Of a DNA stretch of 64,000 nucleotides, positions 35,673-45,977 are shown one piece after another (position 1 is the first letter of the stretch; each line of letters begins with the position of its first letter). Source of the stretch: Solirubrobacteraceae bacterium. Lineage in GTDB: Bacteria > Actinomycetota > Thermoleophilia > Solirubrobacterales > Solirubrobacteraceae. The stretch covers positions 9,021 to 73,020 of the forward strand of contig DATJMM010000008.1 of assembly GCA_035508735.1 (NCBI GenBank), read 5' to 3'. The position numbers and the translations under genes were made by a program. A model generated the notes under the pieces. That model had not been told where the DNA came from. It saw only the letters and a list, made by a program, of their open reading frames with translations, and ran no database searches.

Positions 35673-37136
35673 ATGGCCGCCCCGTTCTCGATAGCCCACG
35701 TCACGCCGTACCCGTGGGAGGACGAGCACGGCGAGGTAAACGCGCACGTGCGGCGCGTCGCCTCGGAGCTCTCGCGCCGCGGCCACCGCGTGCTGGTGCT
35801 GGCGCCCTCGCGCTCGCAGGAGCGCGTGCGCGACTCGCGCCGCGAGCTGCGCGCCGCCCGCAGCTGCGCCGGCGGCGGCGCCACGCTGCTCGACGGCAGC
35901 GACGGCGGCACGCCGCGCGTGCTCGCCGTCGGCGAGGTGCTGGACTTCCGCGGTCCCGCCATCCCGCTCGTGCGTCGCCGCCCCGCCGCGCTGCCGATCG
36001 ACGTCGCGCGCACGCTCGAGGAACTGCTCAGCACCGTGCCGCTCGACTTCGTGCACGTGCACGAGCCGTTCGCGCCCAGCACCGCCGCCGCCGCGCTGCG
36101 CTGCTCGCCAGCGCTCAACGTCGGCTCCTTCCACTCCTCCTCGGAGCGGCTGCTCTCCACGGTCGTCGCGCGGCGCTTCGTGGAGAGCTTCTTCGGGCGC
36201 CTCGACGCGCGCACCGCCAGCCAGCCCGAGACCGCGCGGCTGATGGCCCAGCACTTCCCCGGCGACTACCGGCTCGTGCGCGACGACGAGCGCGCCGCCG
36301 ACGCGCTCGAGCGCATCTACCACGACCTCCACGCCCGGCGCCACTCCCACCACGGCGATCCGCAGCTCGCCCGGCGCCTCAGCCGCCGACCCCTCATAGA
36401 TGTCGACCTGCACATGCACACCGATCACTCCCACGACTGCGCCACGCCGGTGGAGGTGCTGCTGGCCAGCGCCCGCGAGCAGGGCCTCGGCGCGATCGCC
36501 GTCACCGACCACAACGAGATCTCGGGCGCGCTCGAGGCGCAGGCGCAAAGCGCCGCCGCCGGCGTCAAGGTGATCGTCGCCGAGGAGGTCAAGACCGCCG
36601 GCGAAGGCGAGGTCATCGGCCTGTTCATCGAGGAGAAGATCCCGCGCGGGCTGAGCCTCGCCGACACCGTCGCCGAGATCAAGCGCCAGGGTGGGCTCGT
36701 GTACGTGCCGCATCCCTTCGACCGCATGCACGCCGTGCCCGACTACCAGCACCTGCTCGAGATCCTCCACGACGTCGACGCCATCGAGGTCTTCAACCCG
36801 CGCGTCGCGATCAGCGCCTTCAACGACGAGGCCGTGCGCTTCGCCGCCAAGTACCGCATCCTCGCCGGCGCCGGCTCCGACGCGCACGTGCCGCAGGGGC
36901 TCGGCTCCGTGCGCGTGCGCATGCGCGACTTCGACGGCCCCGCCGAGTTCACGCAGTCGCTGCGCGACGCCGAGATCCTTACGCGCCCCTCCTCGCTGCT
37001 GTACGTGCAGGCGCTCAAGTTCCTGCAGACGCGCGCCACGCCGCGCTCCGCCCGCCGTGCCAGTCGCGCCAGGCGCCTGCGCCGCGTGCGCGCCGCCCAC
37101 CACGGTCGCGCGCGCGCCCGCGGCGGGCGCCGCTAG
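35673..37136 (+). CDS. GT4/PimA-like N-terminal domain fused to a PHP phosphoesterase
   Basis: IAHVTPYPW..HVRRVASEL..GHRVLVLAPS; VHVHEPFAPS; GSFHSS; then DLHMHT, AVTDHN, AEEV, PHPFD, EVFN, GSDAH. No GT-B C-terminal domain. Confidence 0.8.
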   Translation: MAAPFSIAHVTPYPWEDEHGEVNAHVRRVASELSRRGHRVLVLAPSRSQERVRDSRRELRAARSCAGGGATLLDGSDGGTPRVLAVGEVLDFRGPAIPLVRRRPAALPIDVARTLEELLSTVPLDFVHVHEPFAPSTAAAALRCSPALNVGSFHSSSERLLSTVVARRFVESFFGRLDARTASQPETARLMAQHFPGDYRLVRDDERAADALERIYHDLHARRHSHHGDPQLARRLSRRPLIDVDLHMHTDHSHDCATPVEVLLASAREQGLGAIAVTDHNEISGALEAQAQSAAAGVKVIVAEEVKTAGEGEVIGLFIEEKIPRGLSLADTVAEIKRQGGLVYVPHPFDRMHAVPDYQHLLEILHDVDAIEVFNPRVAISAFNDEAVRFAAKYRILAGAGSDAHVPQGLGSVRVRMRDFDGPAEFTQSLRDAEILTRPSSLLYVQALKFLQTRATPRSARRASRARRLRRVRAAHHGRARARGGRR

Positions 37137-37292
37137 GCGCGTGCTGCGGCGAGCGCACGCCGGCTTCGCGCGCCCCGAGCGCCCGCTGCCGAGCCCACGC
37201 GCGCGGGGCCCACGCCCGCCGGCCGCGCCCCCGCGCAACTACTGATGCACCGTCAAGGACAAGCCGGCGACCCGTCAAATCCCTCGGGGGCG

Positions 37293-37898
37293 ATGCCGGT
37301 GACCGACGACGAGATCCGCGAGAAGTACCTCGAGCGCGCAATCCGCGAGCTCAACAGCTTCACGCGCGAGCTGCAGGCCTGCCCCCACTGCCCGCGCGGC
37401 AACCTCATGCCGGTGCTCGGCTCCGGCCACCCGCAGGCCGACATCATGATGCTCAAGTACGCCGCGCTGCCCTCCGAGGTCGAGGAGGGCGTCGCCTTCT
37501 ACGGACGCGCCGGCAGCGCGCTGATGAAGTCGCTCAAGCGCCTGCAGATCGATCCGCTCGCCGTGTACGGCACGCTGTGCGTCAAGTGCCCGCTCAGCGA
37601 CGCCTCGCTCGCCGACCCCGCCTGCGTCGCGCGCGTCGTCGAGGAGATCGCCATCGTGCAGCCCAAGATCGTCGTCGTGATGGGCCCCGACGCGCTCGCC
37701 GCGCTCGCCGACATGCCGATCCCGCTCGCCCGGACGCTGCGCGAGAGCCTCGGCGAGGTCCAGCAGCTCACGCCAATGATCGACGCGCTCTACGTGCCCA
37801 GCATCGACGACGCGCTCGACGAGCAGGACGCCAAGCGCGCCTTCTGGTCCGCCTTCCGCGTGCTCGGCGACTGGTACGCCGCGCAGCCGCCGTACTAG
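37293..37898 (+). CDS. Family-4 uracil-DNA glycosylase-like protein with degenerate active site
   Basis: CPHC..VLGSGHPQADIM..E..G..FYGRAG..LCVKCP..C..EEIAIVQPKIVVVMG. The GEAPG and HP motifs are replaced. Confidence 0.7.
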   Translation: MPVTDDEIREKYLERAIRELNSFTRELQACPHCPRGNLMPVLGSGHPQADIMMLKYAALPSEVEEGVAFYGRAGSALMKSLKRLQIDPLAVYGTLCVKCPLSDASLADPACVARVVEEIAIVQPKIVVVMGPDALAALADMPIPLARTLRESLGEVQQLTPMIDALYVPSIDDALDEQDAKRAFWSAFRVLGDWYAAQPPY

Positions 37899-37961
37899 AG
37901 CCAGCCAGCAGCGCCTCGCGGTGAGGCCGGCTGTCGCTCGCGTGCCGGCGCCGTTCCGGTG

Positions 37962-39104
37962 TCAGCGGAAGGGCACGAACGGCGGCTTCGCCTGGCGGCG
38001 CATCCGCGGCGCGGCGAGCGGCTCGATCGCACACGGCGCGCTCGCGCTGCAAAGCGGCACGTCCGAGCCGCCGAACAGCACGCTCGGCACGAGTCCGTAC
38101 AGCTGGCCGTCGTCGTCCGCCACCGCCAACGCGACGCTCGCCAGCTTGCCGATGCGCGCATCGCCCGGCGCCGTGCCGTGGCTGCCCAGCACCGAGGCGT
38201 ACCGGTGAAAGCAGTCGTAGGCATACAGGTCGGGGAAGAGCGCCTGCGAGCCCGCCGCGATCGGCGGCTCCGGCCACACGTATTCGAGACCTGGACCTTG
38301 CGAAGTGCAGGCCTCGTGACCGAAGCCGCCCTGCGCGAGGGCGTCGCCCGAGCCGCTCGCCCGGTCCACCCTCACTTCCCAGGCTCCCTCGCCGACCACG
38401 CCCTGGCCTTCGACCGCCCACACGAACGTCACCAGCCGCCGGTCGCGGTCGAGTGCCTCGACCACGCCGTGCGCCGGCCGCCGGCAGCCATGGCGATCCT
38501 GCGGGCACGACGGGACGCGACCATGCGGCAGCGTCTCCAGCCTGCGCGGTGCGCGCGGGGACCACGACATCACCTGCCACACGTTCCCGTGGCCAGGAGC
38601 ACGGCGCGCGAAGGTCACCGCGCCGCGCCAAATCGAGGGCGTCGTGTCGGAGACCATGCGTGCCGCCGGGATCGGTACGGCCGTTTCTCCTCCGCCATCG
38701 AGGCCCAGCATCCGAATCCGGCAGCCCGCACCGGTCTGCGCCTCCAACAGGGTCCCTCCAGCTTGGGATTCGCCATCGGGGAGCACCATCCTCGGCGTGC
38801 GCCTGCAACGCGAGAAGACCACCACCGGCGCACCGCGCGCATCGGTGCCCACCGTCGCATCGAACGGTTGCGGGCGCGAAGCCACCGGCAGCTTCACCAC
38901 CTGCCCATCGTGAAAGCCCATCAGCACCCAGGCGTCCGACACGGGCGCGCTCCAGACCAGCCAGCCATCGCCGCCGGAGAGCGGCGTCACCCCGCCGACG
39001 GTCGTGATCGCAGCCAACGCCGGCGCCGCCGCCAGGCTGGTCGGCGCTCCGCAGAAGAGAGCCGCGCCCGCCACCGCACAGATGCCCCGCCGCCAACGCC
39101 CCAT
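37962..39104 (-). CDS. Secreted hypothetical protein
   Basis: N-terminal basic-hydrophobic signal ending ..SLAAAPALA; beta-rich, Cys-containing mature part. Confidence 0.6.
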   Translation of the reverse strand: MGRWRRGICAVAGAALFCGAPTSLAAAPALAAITTVGGVTPLSGGDGWLVWSAPVSDAWVLMGFHDGQVVKLPVASRPQPFDATVGTDARGAPVVVFSRCRRTPRMVLPDGESQAGGTLLEAQTGAGCRIRMLGLDGGGETAVPIPAARMVSDTTPSIWRGAVTFARRAPGHGNVWQVMSWSPRAPRRLETLPHGRVPSCPQDRHGCRRPAHGVVEALDRDRRLVTFVWAVEGQGVVGEGAWEVRVDRASGSGDALAQGGFGHEACTSQGPGLEYVWPEPPIAAGSQALFPDLYAYDCFHRYASVLGSHGTAPGDARIGKLASVALAVADDDGQLYGLVPSVLFGGSDVPLCSASAPCAIEPLAAPRMRRQAKPPFVPFR

Positions 39105-39149
39105 ACGAATCGTCAACCGCCTGCCAACCGTGGAGTTTCGTTCATCCGA

Positions 39150-40088
39150 TCATGCCAGGACGACCACCTTGCCCAGCTTGCCGCCCGCCGCGAAGCGCTC
39201 GTAGGCCGCCGCCGCCCGCTCCAGCGGGAAGGCGTCCGCCACCGGCACGCGCAGGCGGCCAGCGTCGAACAGCGCCAGCACCTCGTGTTCCAGGCGCCTG
39301 GCCACCAGCGCTTTCTCCTCCAGCGGGCGCGCACGCAGCGTCGAGCCGTGGATGCGCGCGCGCTTGCCCATCAGCGCCAGCAGGTTCAGCTCGCTCTTCG
39401 CGCCCGCCGCCACGCCGATCACCGTGATGCGCCCGCCGGTGGCCAGCGCGCCGAGGTTCTCCGGCATGTTCGGCGCGCCCACCAGCTCCAGGATCACATC
39501 GAAGGGCCCGTGCGCCGCGAAGCCCTCCGGCGCGATCGCGCTCGCGCCCAGCTCCTGCACCGCCGCCCTGTGCGCCGCGTTTCGCACCGTCGCCGTCACG
39601 CGCGCGCCCGCCGCGCAGCCCAGCTGGATCGCCGCCGTGCCCACGCCGCCCGCGCCGCCGTGCACCAGCAGGTGCTCGCCCATGCCCAGTTCGCCCTGCG
39701 TGAACAGCGCGTCGTGGGCCGTCGCGAACACCTCCGGCAGCCCCCCCGCCTGCGCCCAGTCGAGCGCCCGCGGCACCGGCATCAGCTGGCGCTCGTGCAC
39801 CACGCACAACTCCGCCTGGGCGCCGCCGCCCACGATCGCCATCACGCGGGCGCCCGGCTCGAAGCGCCGCGCGCCCGCGCCCAGCGCCGCCACCTCGCCC
39901 GCCAGCTCCATCCCCGGGATGTCCTGCGGCGAGCCCTCCGGCGCCGGGTACAGACCGCGGCGCTGCATCATGTCCGCGCCGTTCAGGCCCGCCGCGCGCA
40001 CCCGCACCAGCGCCTCGCCCGCGCCCGGCACCGGGTCCGGGTGCTCCTCGATCACTATCTCGCCGCCGCGGATCGTCGCTGCGCGCAT
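39150..40088 (-). CDS. NAD(P)H-quinone oxidoreductase (MDR/zeta-crystallin, PIG3-like)
   Basis: AAGLNGADMMQRRGLYP; LVHGGAGGVGTAAIQ; GKVVVL. Confidence 0.92.
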   Translation of the reverse strand: MRAATIRGGEIVIEEHPDPVPGAGEALVRVRAAGLNGADMMQRRGLYPAPEGSPQDIPGMELAGEVAALGAGARRFEPGARVMAIVGGGAQAELCVVHERQLMPVPRALDWAQAGGLPEVFATAHDALFTQGELGMGEHLLVHGGAGGVGTAAIQLGCAAGARVTATVRNAAHRAAVQELGASAIAPEGFAAHGPFDVILELVGAPNMPENLGALATGGRITVIGVAAGAKSELNLLALMGKRARIHGSTLRARPLEEKALVARRLEHEVLALFDAGRLRVPVADAFPLERAAAAYERFAAGGKLGKVVVLA

Positions 40089-40130
40089 CGCTCGCAGCCT
40101 ATCCGCAGCGGCCCCGCGCGCCGCCGGCGC

Positions 40131-40493
40131 TCACTCCAGCAGCTGCGTGTCCTCATCGCTGTAGGCGGGCGCGCACGCGCACACCACCCGCAACGGCCGC
40201 TCCCCGAGGTTGAACAGCTTGTGGGCCGCGCCAGGCGGGATCAAGGCGCAGTCGCCCGTCTCGAGCGTGCGCTCCTCGCCGTCCATCACCAGCCGCCCAC
40301 GCCCCTCCGTCACCAGGTACAGCTCCTCCGTGCTGCGGTGCAGGTGCTCGGTCGTCGCCCCGCCCACCGGAATCGTCGCCTCCGCCAGGCTCTGGTTTTG
40401 CGCCGGCGCCGACACGCGCCCCGCCCACTCCCTGATCTCAGAGCCGTCGAGCGTCGTGAACGGCTCGATCTGCGCGTAGGAGGTCACGTGCAC
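40131..40493 (-). CDS. Cupin-domain protein
   Basis: TEHLHRSTEELYLV..G.G; IPPGAAHKL; CAPAYS. Confidence 0.9.
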   Translation of the reverse strand: MHVTSYAQIEPFTTLDGSEIREWAGRVSAPAQNQSLAEATIPVGGATTEHLHRSTEELYLVTEGRGRLVMDGEERTLETGDCALIPPGAAHKLFNLGERPLRVVCACAPAYSDEDTQLLE

Positions 40494-40508
40494 GGAGATG
40501 CGCCAGCC

Positions 40509-42020
40509 CTACGCCCGCTCGAGCAGGGCCACGCACTCGATGTGGTGGGTCTGCGGGAATATGTCCACCGGGCGCACCTTGCGCAGCCGCCAGCCCGCCT
40601 GCGCCAGTTCGGCCGCGTTGGGCGCGAGCGTGGTGGGGTTGCACGACACGTACACGATGCGCCGGGGGGAGGCGTCGACGATGCGGTGCACCACCTTCTT
40701 GGAGAGGCCCGCGCGGGGCGGGTCGACCACCACCACGTCGGGACGCCCGGCGCGCTCGAGCAGCTCCGGCAGCGCCAGGCGCGTGTCGCCCGCGAAGAAG
40801 CGTGCGCCCGTCACGCCGTTGCGCGCCGCCGCCGCGATCGCGTCGGCCACCGCCTGCTCGGAGAGCTCGATGCCCCACAGCTCGCCCGCGCGCGGAGCCA
40901 GCGTCAACGCGATCGCGCCGATCCCGCTGTACAGGTCGTACACGCGCTCCCAGCCCTCCAGCGCCGCGAACTCGCCGGCCACGCCGTAGAGCACCTCCGC
41001 CATCTCCGTGTTGGTCTGGAAGAACGCCTCGGCGGAGATCGACAGCTCGAGCCCGCCCAGGCGCTCCGGCAACTCCGCCTCGCCCCACACGAGCTCCGTC
41101 TCGCCGCCCGCGGTCGTCTCCGCCAGGCTGCGCGAGCGCGTCCACAGCACGCCGCAGAGCGCCTCGCCGAGGCCGTCCGCGAGCGCCGCCGCGAGCGCGC
41201 CCGCGTCGAGCTCGCCGTCGGTGCTCACCACGCGCACCTGCAGCTTGCCCGTGCGCCTGCCTTCGCGCACCACCAGGTTGCGCAGGCGCGCGCGCCCGTC
41301 CGGCGCCGGCCCCGTGCGCTCGTGCTCGTGCGCCGGCGCGCGCGCGCCGCCCGAGCGCTCCCACGCGTCCAGCCCCTGCGCCCGGCACCAGCGCAGCGCC
41401 AGCTCGCGCGCGCGGTTGCCCGGCTCGGAGGCCAGCAGGCAGTCCTCCATCTGCTCCACGCCCCTGGCGCCGGCCGAGGCGTGAAAGCCGCAGACCAGCT
41501 CGGTTGCGCTGCCAGGACCGCCGCCGAAGGAGTACTCGAGCTTGTTGCGGTAGCGCCAGCGTTCGAGCGCCGGCACGATCTCCTGCAGCTCGTAGCCCTC
41601 CAGGCGGCCCAGCCGGCGCAGCGCCTCGTCCACCTGCTGCTGCTTGATCTGCAGCTGGCGCTCGTAGGGGATCACCTGCCACGGCACGCCGGGATGGGCC
41701 GCCACCGGCGCGATGCGCTCGGGGCTCGGCTCGAGGATCTCCAGCGCGCGGGCGTGCGCATAGCTGCGCTTGCGCTTGTGCACCAGCGCGCGCACGCGGT
41801 CGCCGGGGATCGCGCCGGCCACGAACACCACGTAGCCGCCCTCGCCCAGGCGCGCCACGCCCTCGCCGCCGAAGGCCAGCGAGTCGACCAACAGCTCGAG
41901 CTCCTCGCCGCGCTGCGGGCGCGGCGAGGCCGTCGAGGCGTGAACGTCCGGCGGCGCGGCGGCGACCTCGACGCTCGACGGCCCGGCGGCGGCGTGGGCG
42001 GTGGGCGCAGAGTCGCTCAT
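40509..42020 (-). CDS. rlmD: 23S rRNA (uracil-C5)-methyltransferase RlmD
   Basis: N-terminal TRAM; YRNKLEYSF; FFQTN; DLYSGIG; VDPPRAG; YVSCNPTT; DIFPQTHHIE. ATG at 42020 overlaps the argF stop. Confidence 0.9.
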   Translation of the reverse strand: MSDSAPTAHAAAGPSSVEVAAAPPDVHASTASPRPQRGEELELLVDSLAFGGEGVARLGEGGYVVFVAGAIPGDRVRALVHKRKRSYAHARALEILEPSPERIAPVAAHPGVPWQVIPYERQLQIKQQQVDEALRRLGRLEGYELQEIVPALERWRYRNKLEYSFGGGPGSATELVCGFHASAGARGVEQMEDCLLASEPGNRARELALRWCRAQGLDAWERSGGARAPAHEHERTGPAPDGRARLRNLVVREGRRTGKLQVRVVSTDGELDAGALAAALADGLGEALCGVLWTRSRSLAETTAGGETELVWGEAELPERLGGLELSISAEAFFQTNTEMAEVLYGVAGEFAALEGWERVYDLYSGIGAIALTLAPRAGELWGIELSEQAVADAIAAAARNGVTGARFFAGDTRLALPELLERAGRPDVVVVDPPRAGLSKKVVHRIVDASPRRIVYVSCNPTTLAPNAAELAQAGWRLRKVRPVDIFPQTHHIECVALLERA

Positions 42021-42925
42021 CGCCGCGGCTCGAGCAGCAGCTCCAGCAGCGCCTTCTGCGCGTGCCTGCGGTTCTCCGCCTGCTCCCAGATGCGCTGGCG
42101 CTCGCCGTAGAGCACCTCCGCGGAGATCTCCTCGCCCGGGTGCGCCGGCAGGTCGTGCATCGCGAACGCGCCCGCCGCGGCGGCGTCGAGCAGGGCGTCG
42201 TCGAGGTGATAGGCGGCAAGCGCCTCGCGGCGCTGCTCGGCGGTGTCCTCGTCGCCCATGCTCACCCACACGTCCGTGTACACCGCCTGCGCGCCGCGCA
42301 CCGCCTCGTAGGGGTCGGAGTGGCGGCTCACAGATCCCCTCGCGCCGTCCGCCAGCGCCAGGTCGCGCTCGAGCTCGTAACCGGCGGGAGAGGCGAGCGC
42401 CACGTCCACGCCCGCGAGCGTCCCCAGCAGCGCCAGCGAGCGCGCCACGTTGTTGGCGTCCCCCACATAGGCCAGGCGCAGGCCCACCAGCGAGCCGTGC
42501 GCCTCGCGCAGCGTCAGCAGGTCCGCCAGCGCCTGACAGGGATGGTGGCGCGCGCTCAGCATGTTCACGATCGGCACCGAGCTGTACTCCGCGAGCTCCT
42601 CCAGGATCGCGTCGGCACCGGTGCGCAGGCCGATCGCCGCCACCTGGCGCGAGAGCACCAGCGCGGTGTCGCGCGGCGCCTCGCCGCGCGAGAGCTGCAG
42701 CTCGTCCGAGCGCAGCACCAGCGCGTGCCCGCCCAGCTCCGCGATGCCCACGTCGAAGGACACGCGCGTGCGCGTCGAGGGCTTCTCGAAGATCAACGCC
42801 ACGCTGCGGCCCGCCAGCGCATGCGAGCAGAGCGGCGCGCGCTTGAGCTCGAGCGCGCGGTCCAGCAGCGCGTCTAGCTCGGCAGCGCTCAGCTCCGTGC
42901 CGGTGAGGAAATGGCGCGGTGGCAT
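42017..42925 (-). CDS. argF: Ornithine carbamoyltransferase
   Basis: FEKPSTRTRVSF; HPCQALAD; YTDVWVSMG; HDLPAHPGEE; QAENRRHAQKA. Confidence 0.92.
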   Translation of the reverse strand: MPPRHFLTGTELSAAELDALLDRALELKRAPLCSHALAGRSVALIFEKPSTRTRVSFDVGIAELGGHALVLRSDELQLSRGEAPRDTALVLSRQVAAIGLRTGADAILEELAEYSSVPIVNMLSARHHPCQALADLLTLREAHGSLVGLRLAYVGDANNVARSLALLGTLAGVDVALASPAGYELERDLALADGARGSVSRHSDPYEAVRGAQAVYTDVWVSMGDEDTAEQRREALAAYHLDDALLDAAAAGAFAMHDLPAHPGEEISAEVLYGERQRIWEQAENRRHAQKALLELLLEPRR

Positions 42926-43012
42926 GGAATCGGCCAGTGTAGGGGGTGGCGGGGGATCTGCCCTGCGGATCACGCCGTCGCCGGTCACGCGAGCACGCCT
43001 GCCCCGAGCCAC

Positions 43013-44059
<1,047 letters not shown>

Positions 44060-44063
<4 letters not shown>

Positions 44064-45226
44064 GCCGCCGCCCCGAGCGCTGCGCCGGCGAAGCGCTCCG
44101 GCGCGCACAGCGACAGCGCCGGGTCGGATGTCCCGCCGCGCAGCAGCTCCACCACCAGCGCGGCGGTCAACGGCGCCAGCAGGACGCCGTTGCGATAGTG
44201 ACCGGCGGCCCACAGCACGCCGCCGGCGCCAGCGGCGCCGATGCAAGGCAGGTTGTCGGGGGTGCCGGGACGCAGGCCCACGCACAGCTCCTCGATCTGC
44301 AGCTCGTCGAGGCCCGGCACCAGCTCGTGCGCGTCGCGCAGCAGCTCATACACCGCCCCCGCGGTCGCCGCCGTGTCGAAGCCGCGCTCCTCTACGCTCG
44401 CCCCAAGCACGTACGCCCCGTCCTGCCGCGGCACCAGGTAGCCGCCGCGGAAGCGCAGCACACGGCCCACCAGGCCAGCGCCGGCCGGGTCGCGCAACCG
44501 CACCGTCTGCCCCTTCACCGGCCGCACCGGCGCGCTGCGACCGTGCGGCAGCCCAGCGATCCGCTCGCTCCACGCGCCCGTCGCCAGCACCACCCGCCCG
44601 GCCGCGCACAGCTCCCCGTCCTCGAGCTCCACGCCCTCCACGCGCTCGCCCGCGTCGTCCAGCAGCACGCGCGCCACCGGCGAGCGCTCGCGCAGCTCCA
44701 CGCCGGCCTGCGCACAGGCGCGCGTCAGCGCCGCCAGCACCGCGCGTGGGTCCACCGCGTGGTCGTCCGCCACCTCCAACGCGAGGCGCACGCTCGGCGC
44801 GAGCGCCGGCTCGAGCTCGCGCGCCCGGCTCGGGAGCAGACGCCGCACCCGCAACCCGAGCGACTCGCGGAGCTCCAGCTGGCGCTCGAGCTCGCCCGCG
44901 TCGTCGTCGTCGCGCGCCAGCAGCAGCGTGCCCGAGCGCATCAGGCCGAGGCGCAGCTGCGAGGCGGCCTCGAGCTCGGTCGCGAACGACGGCCACATCT
45001 GCGCGGAGCGCAGGCCCAGCTCGAGCGCGCGCCGTCCGGCCTCGCCGAACTCCACCTCCGCGACCGGCGCCAGCATGCCAGCCGCCACGCTCGAGGCGCC
45101 GGCGCCCGCGCGCACGCGCTCGAGCACCGTCACCGACATCCCCGCACGGCGCGCGCGCCACGCGATCGCCAGCCCGATCACGCCGGCGCCCACCACCACG
45201 AGGTCCGCGCGTTGAGTCTCGCTCAC
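44060..45226 (-). CDS. thiO: Glycine oxidase
   Basis: VVVGAGVIG; ASSVAAGMLAP; VRPVKGQ; GLRPGTPDN; GHYRNGVLLAP. Confidence 0.93.
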
Positions 45227-45320
45227 AGCCTTTGATGCTAGTCCGCGCCGCACGGCACGCACAGCGCAAGGCTCGCTTCCCGAGCCAGGCTACGCCGGGC
45301 CTGGCACACTGAACGGCTCG

Positions 45321-45977
45321 ATGTCAGCCCCGCACCCAGACGGCGCTGCGCGCCGCGCCCGCCTGAAGGACGCGTGCCTGTACCTGGTGTGCAGCGCCGA
45401 GCCTCAGGGACGGGAGCTTCCCACGCTGCTGCGGGCCGCCGTCAGCGGAGGCGTCGACGTCGTGCAACTGCGCGAGAAGCGACTGCACGACGAAGAGCTC
45501 GTGTCGATCGCCGCCGCCGCGCAGGAGCTGTGCCACAGCCTCGGCGCGCTGCTGGTCGTCAACGACCGCCCGTGGGTCGCCCGCGAAGCGCGCGCCGACG
45601 GGGTGCACGTGGGCCAGGACGACATCCCCCCGGCCGACGTGCGCGCGCTCGTGGGGCCCCACATGCTGGTCGGGCTGTCCACCCACTCGCCCGCCGAGGT
45701 CGACGCCGTCGATGAGGACGTGGTCGACTACATCGGCGTCGGCCCGGTGCACGAGACGCCCACCAAGCCCGGCCGGCCCGCGGTCGGCCTGGAGCTCGTC
45801 GGCTACGCCGCCGCCAACGCACGCGTGCCCTTCTTCGCGATCGGCGGGCTGCACGCCGGTAACCTGGGCGAGGTGCTGCACGCGGGCGCCACGCGCGCCT
45901 GCGTGCTGCGCGCGATCGCCGACGCCGAGGACGCCGAGCGGGCCGCGCGCCGGCTGCGCGAGCTGCTCGCCGCGTGA
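45321..45977 (+). CDS. thiE: Thiamine-phosphate synthase
   Basis: VVQLREK; VNDR; GVHVGQDD; GLSTH; TPTK; FAIGG. Confidence 0.95.
   Translation: MSAPHPDGAARRARLKDACLYLVCSAEPQGRELPTLLRAAVSGGVDVVQLREKRLHDEELVSIAAAAQELCHSLGALLVVNDRPWVAREARADGVHVGQDDIPPADVRALVGPHMLVGLSTHSPAEVDAVDEDVVDYIGVGPVHETPTKPGRPAVGLELVGYAAANARVPFFAIGGLHAGNLGEVLHAGATRACVLRAIADAEDAERAARRLRELLAA

Noticed and set aside
37959-42110. 1383-aa plus-strand ORF, and similar long ORFs (34368-37238, 14744-16612, 45803-47905)
   Set aside because: Arg/Ala/Gly-rich shadow frames antisense to well-supported genes, expected from stop-codon scarcity at high GC.
45227-45320. TPP riboswitch expected at the thiO/thiE divergent region
   Set aside because: No CTGAGA or conserved P4/P5 core on either strand, and the region is short with start-proximal -10-like hexamers.
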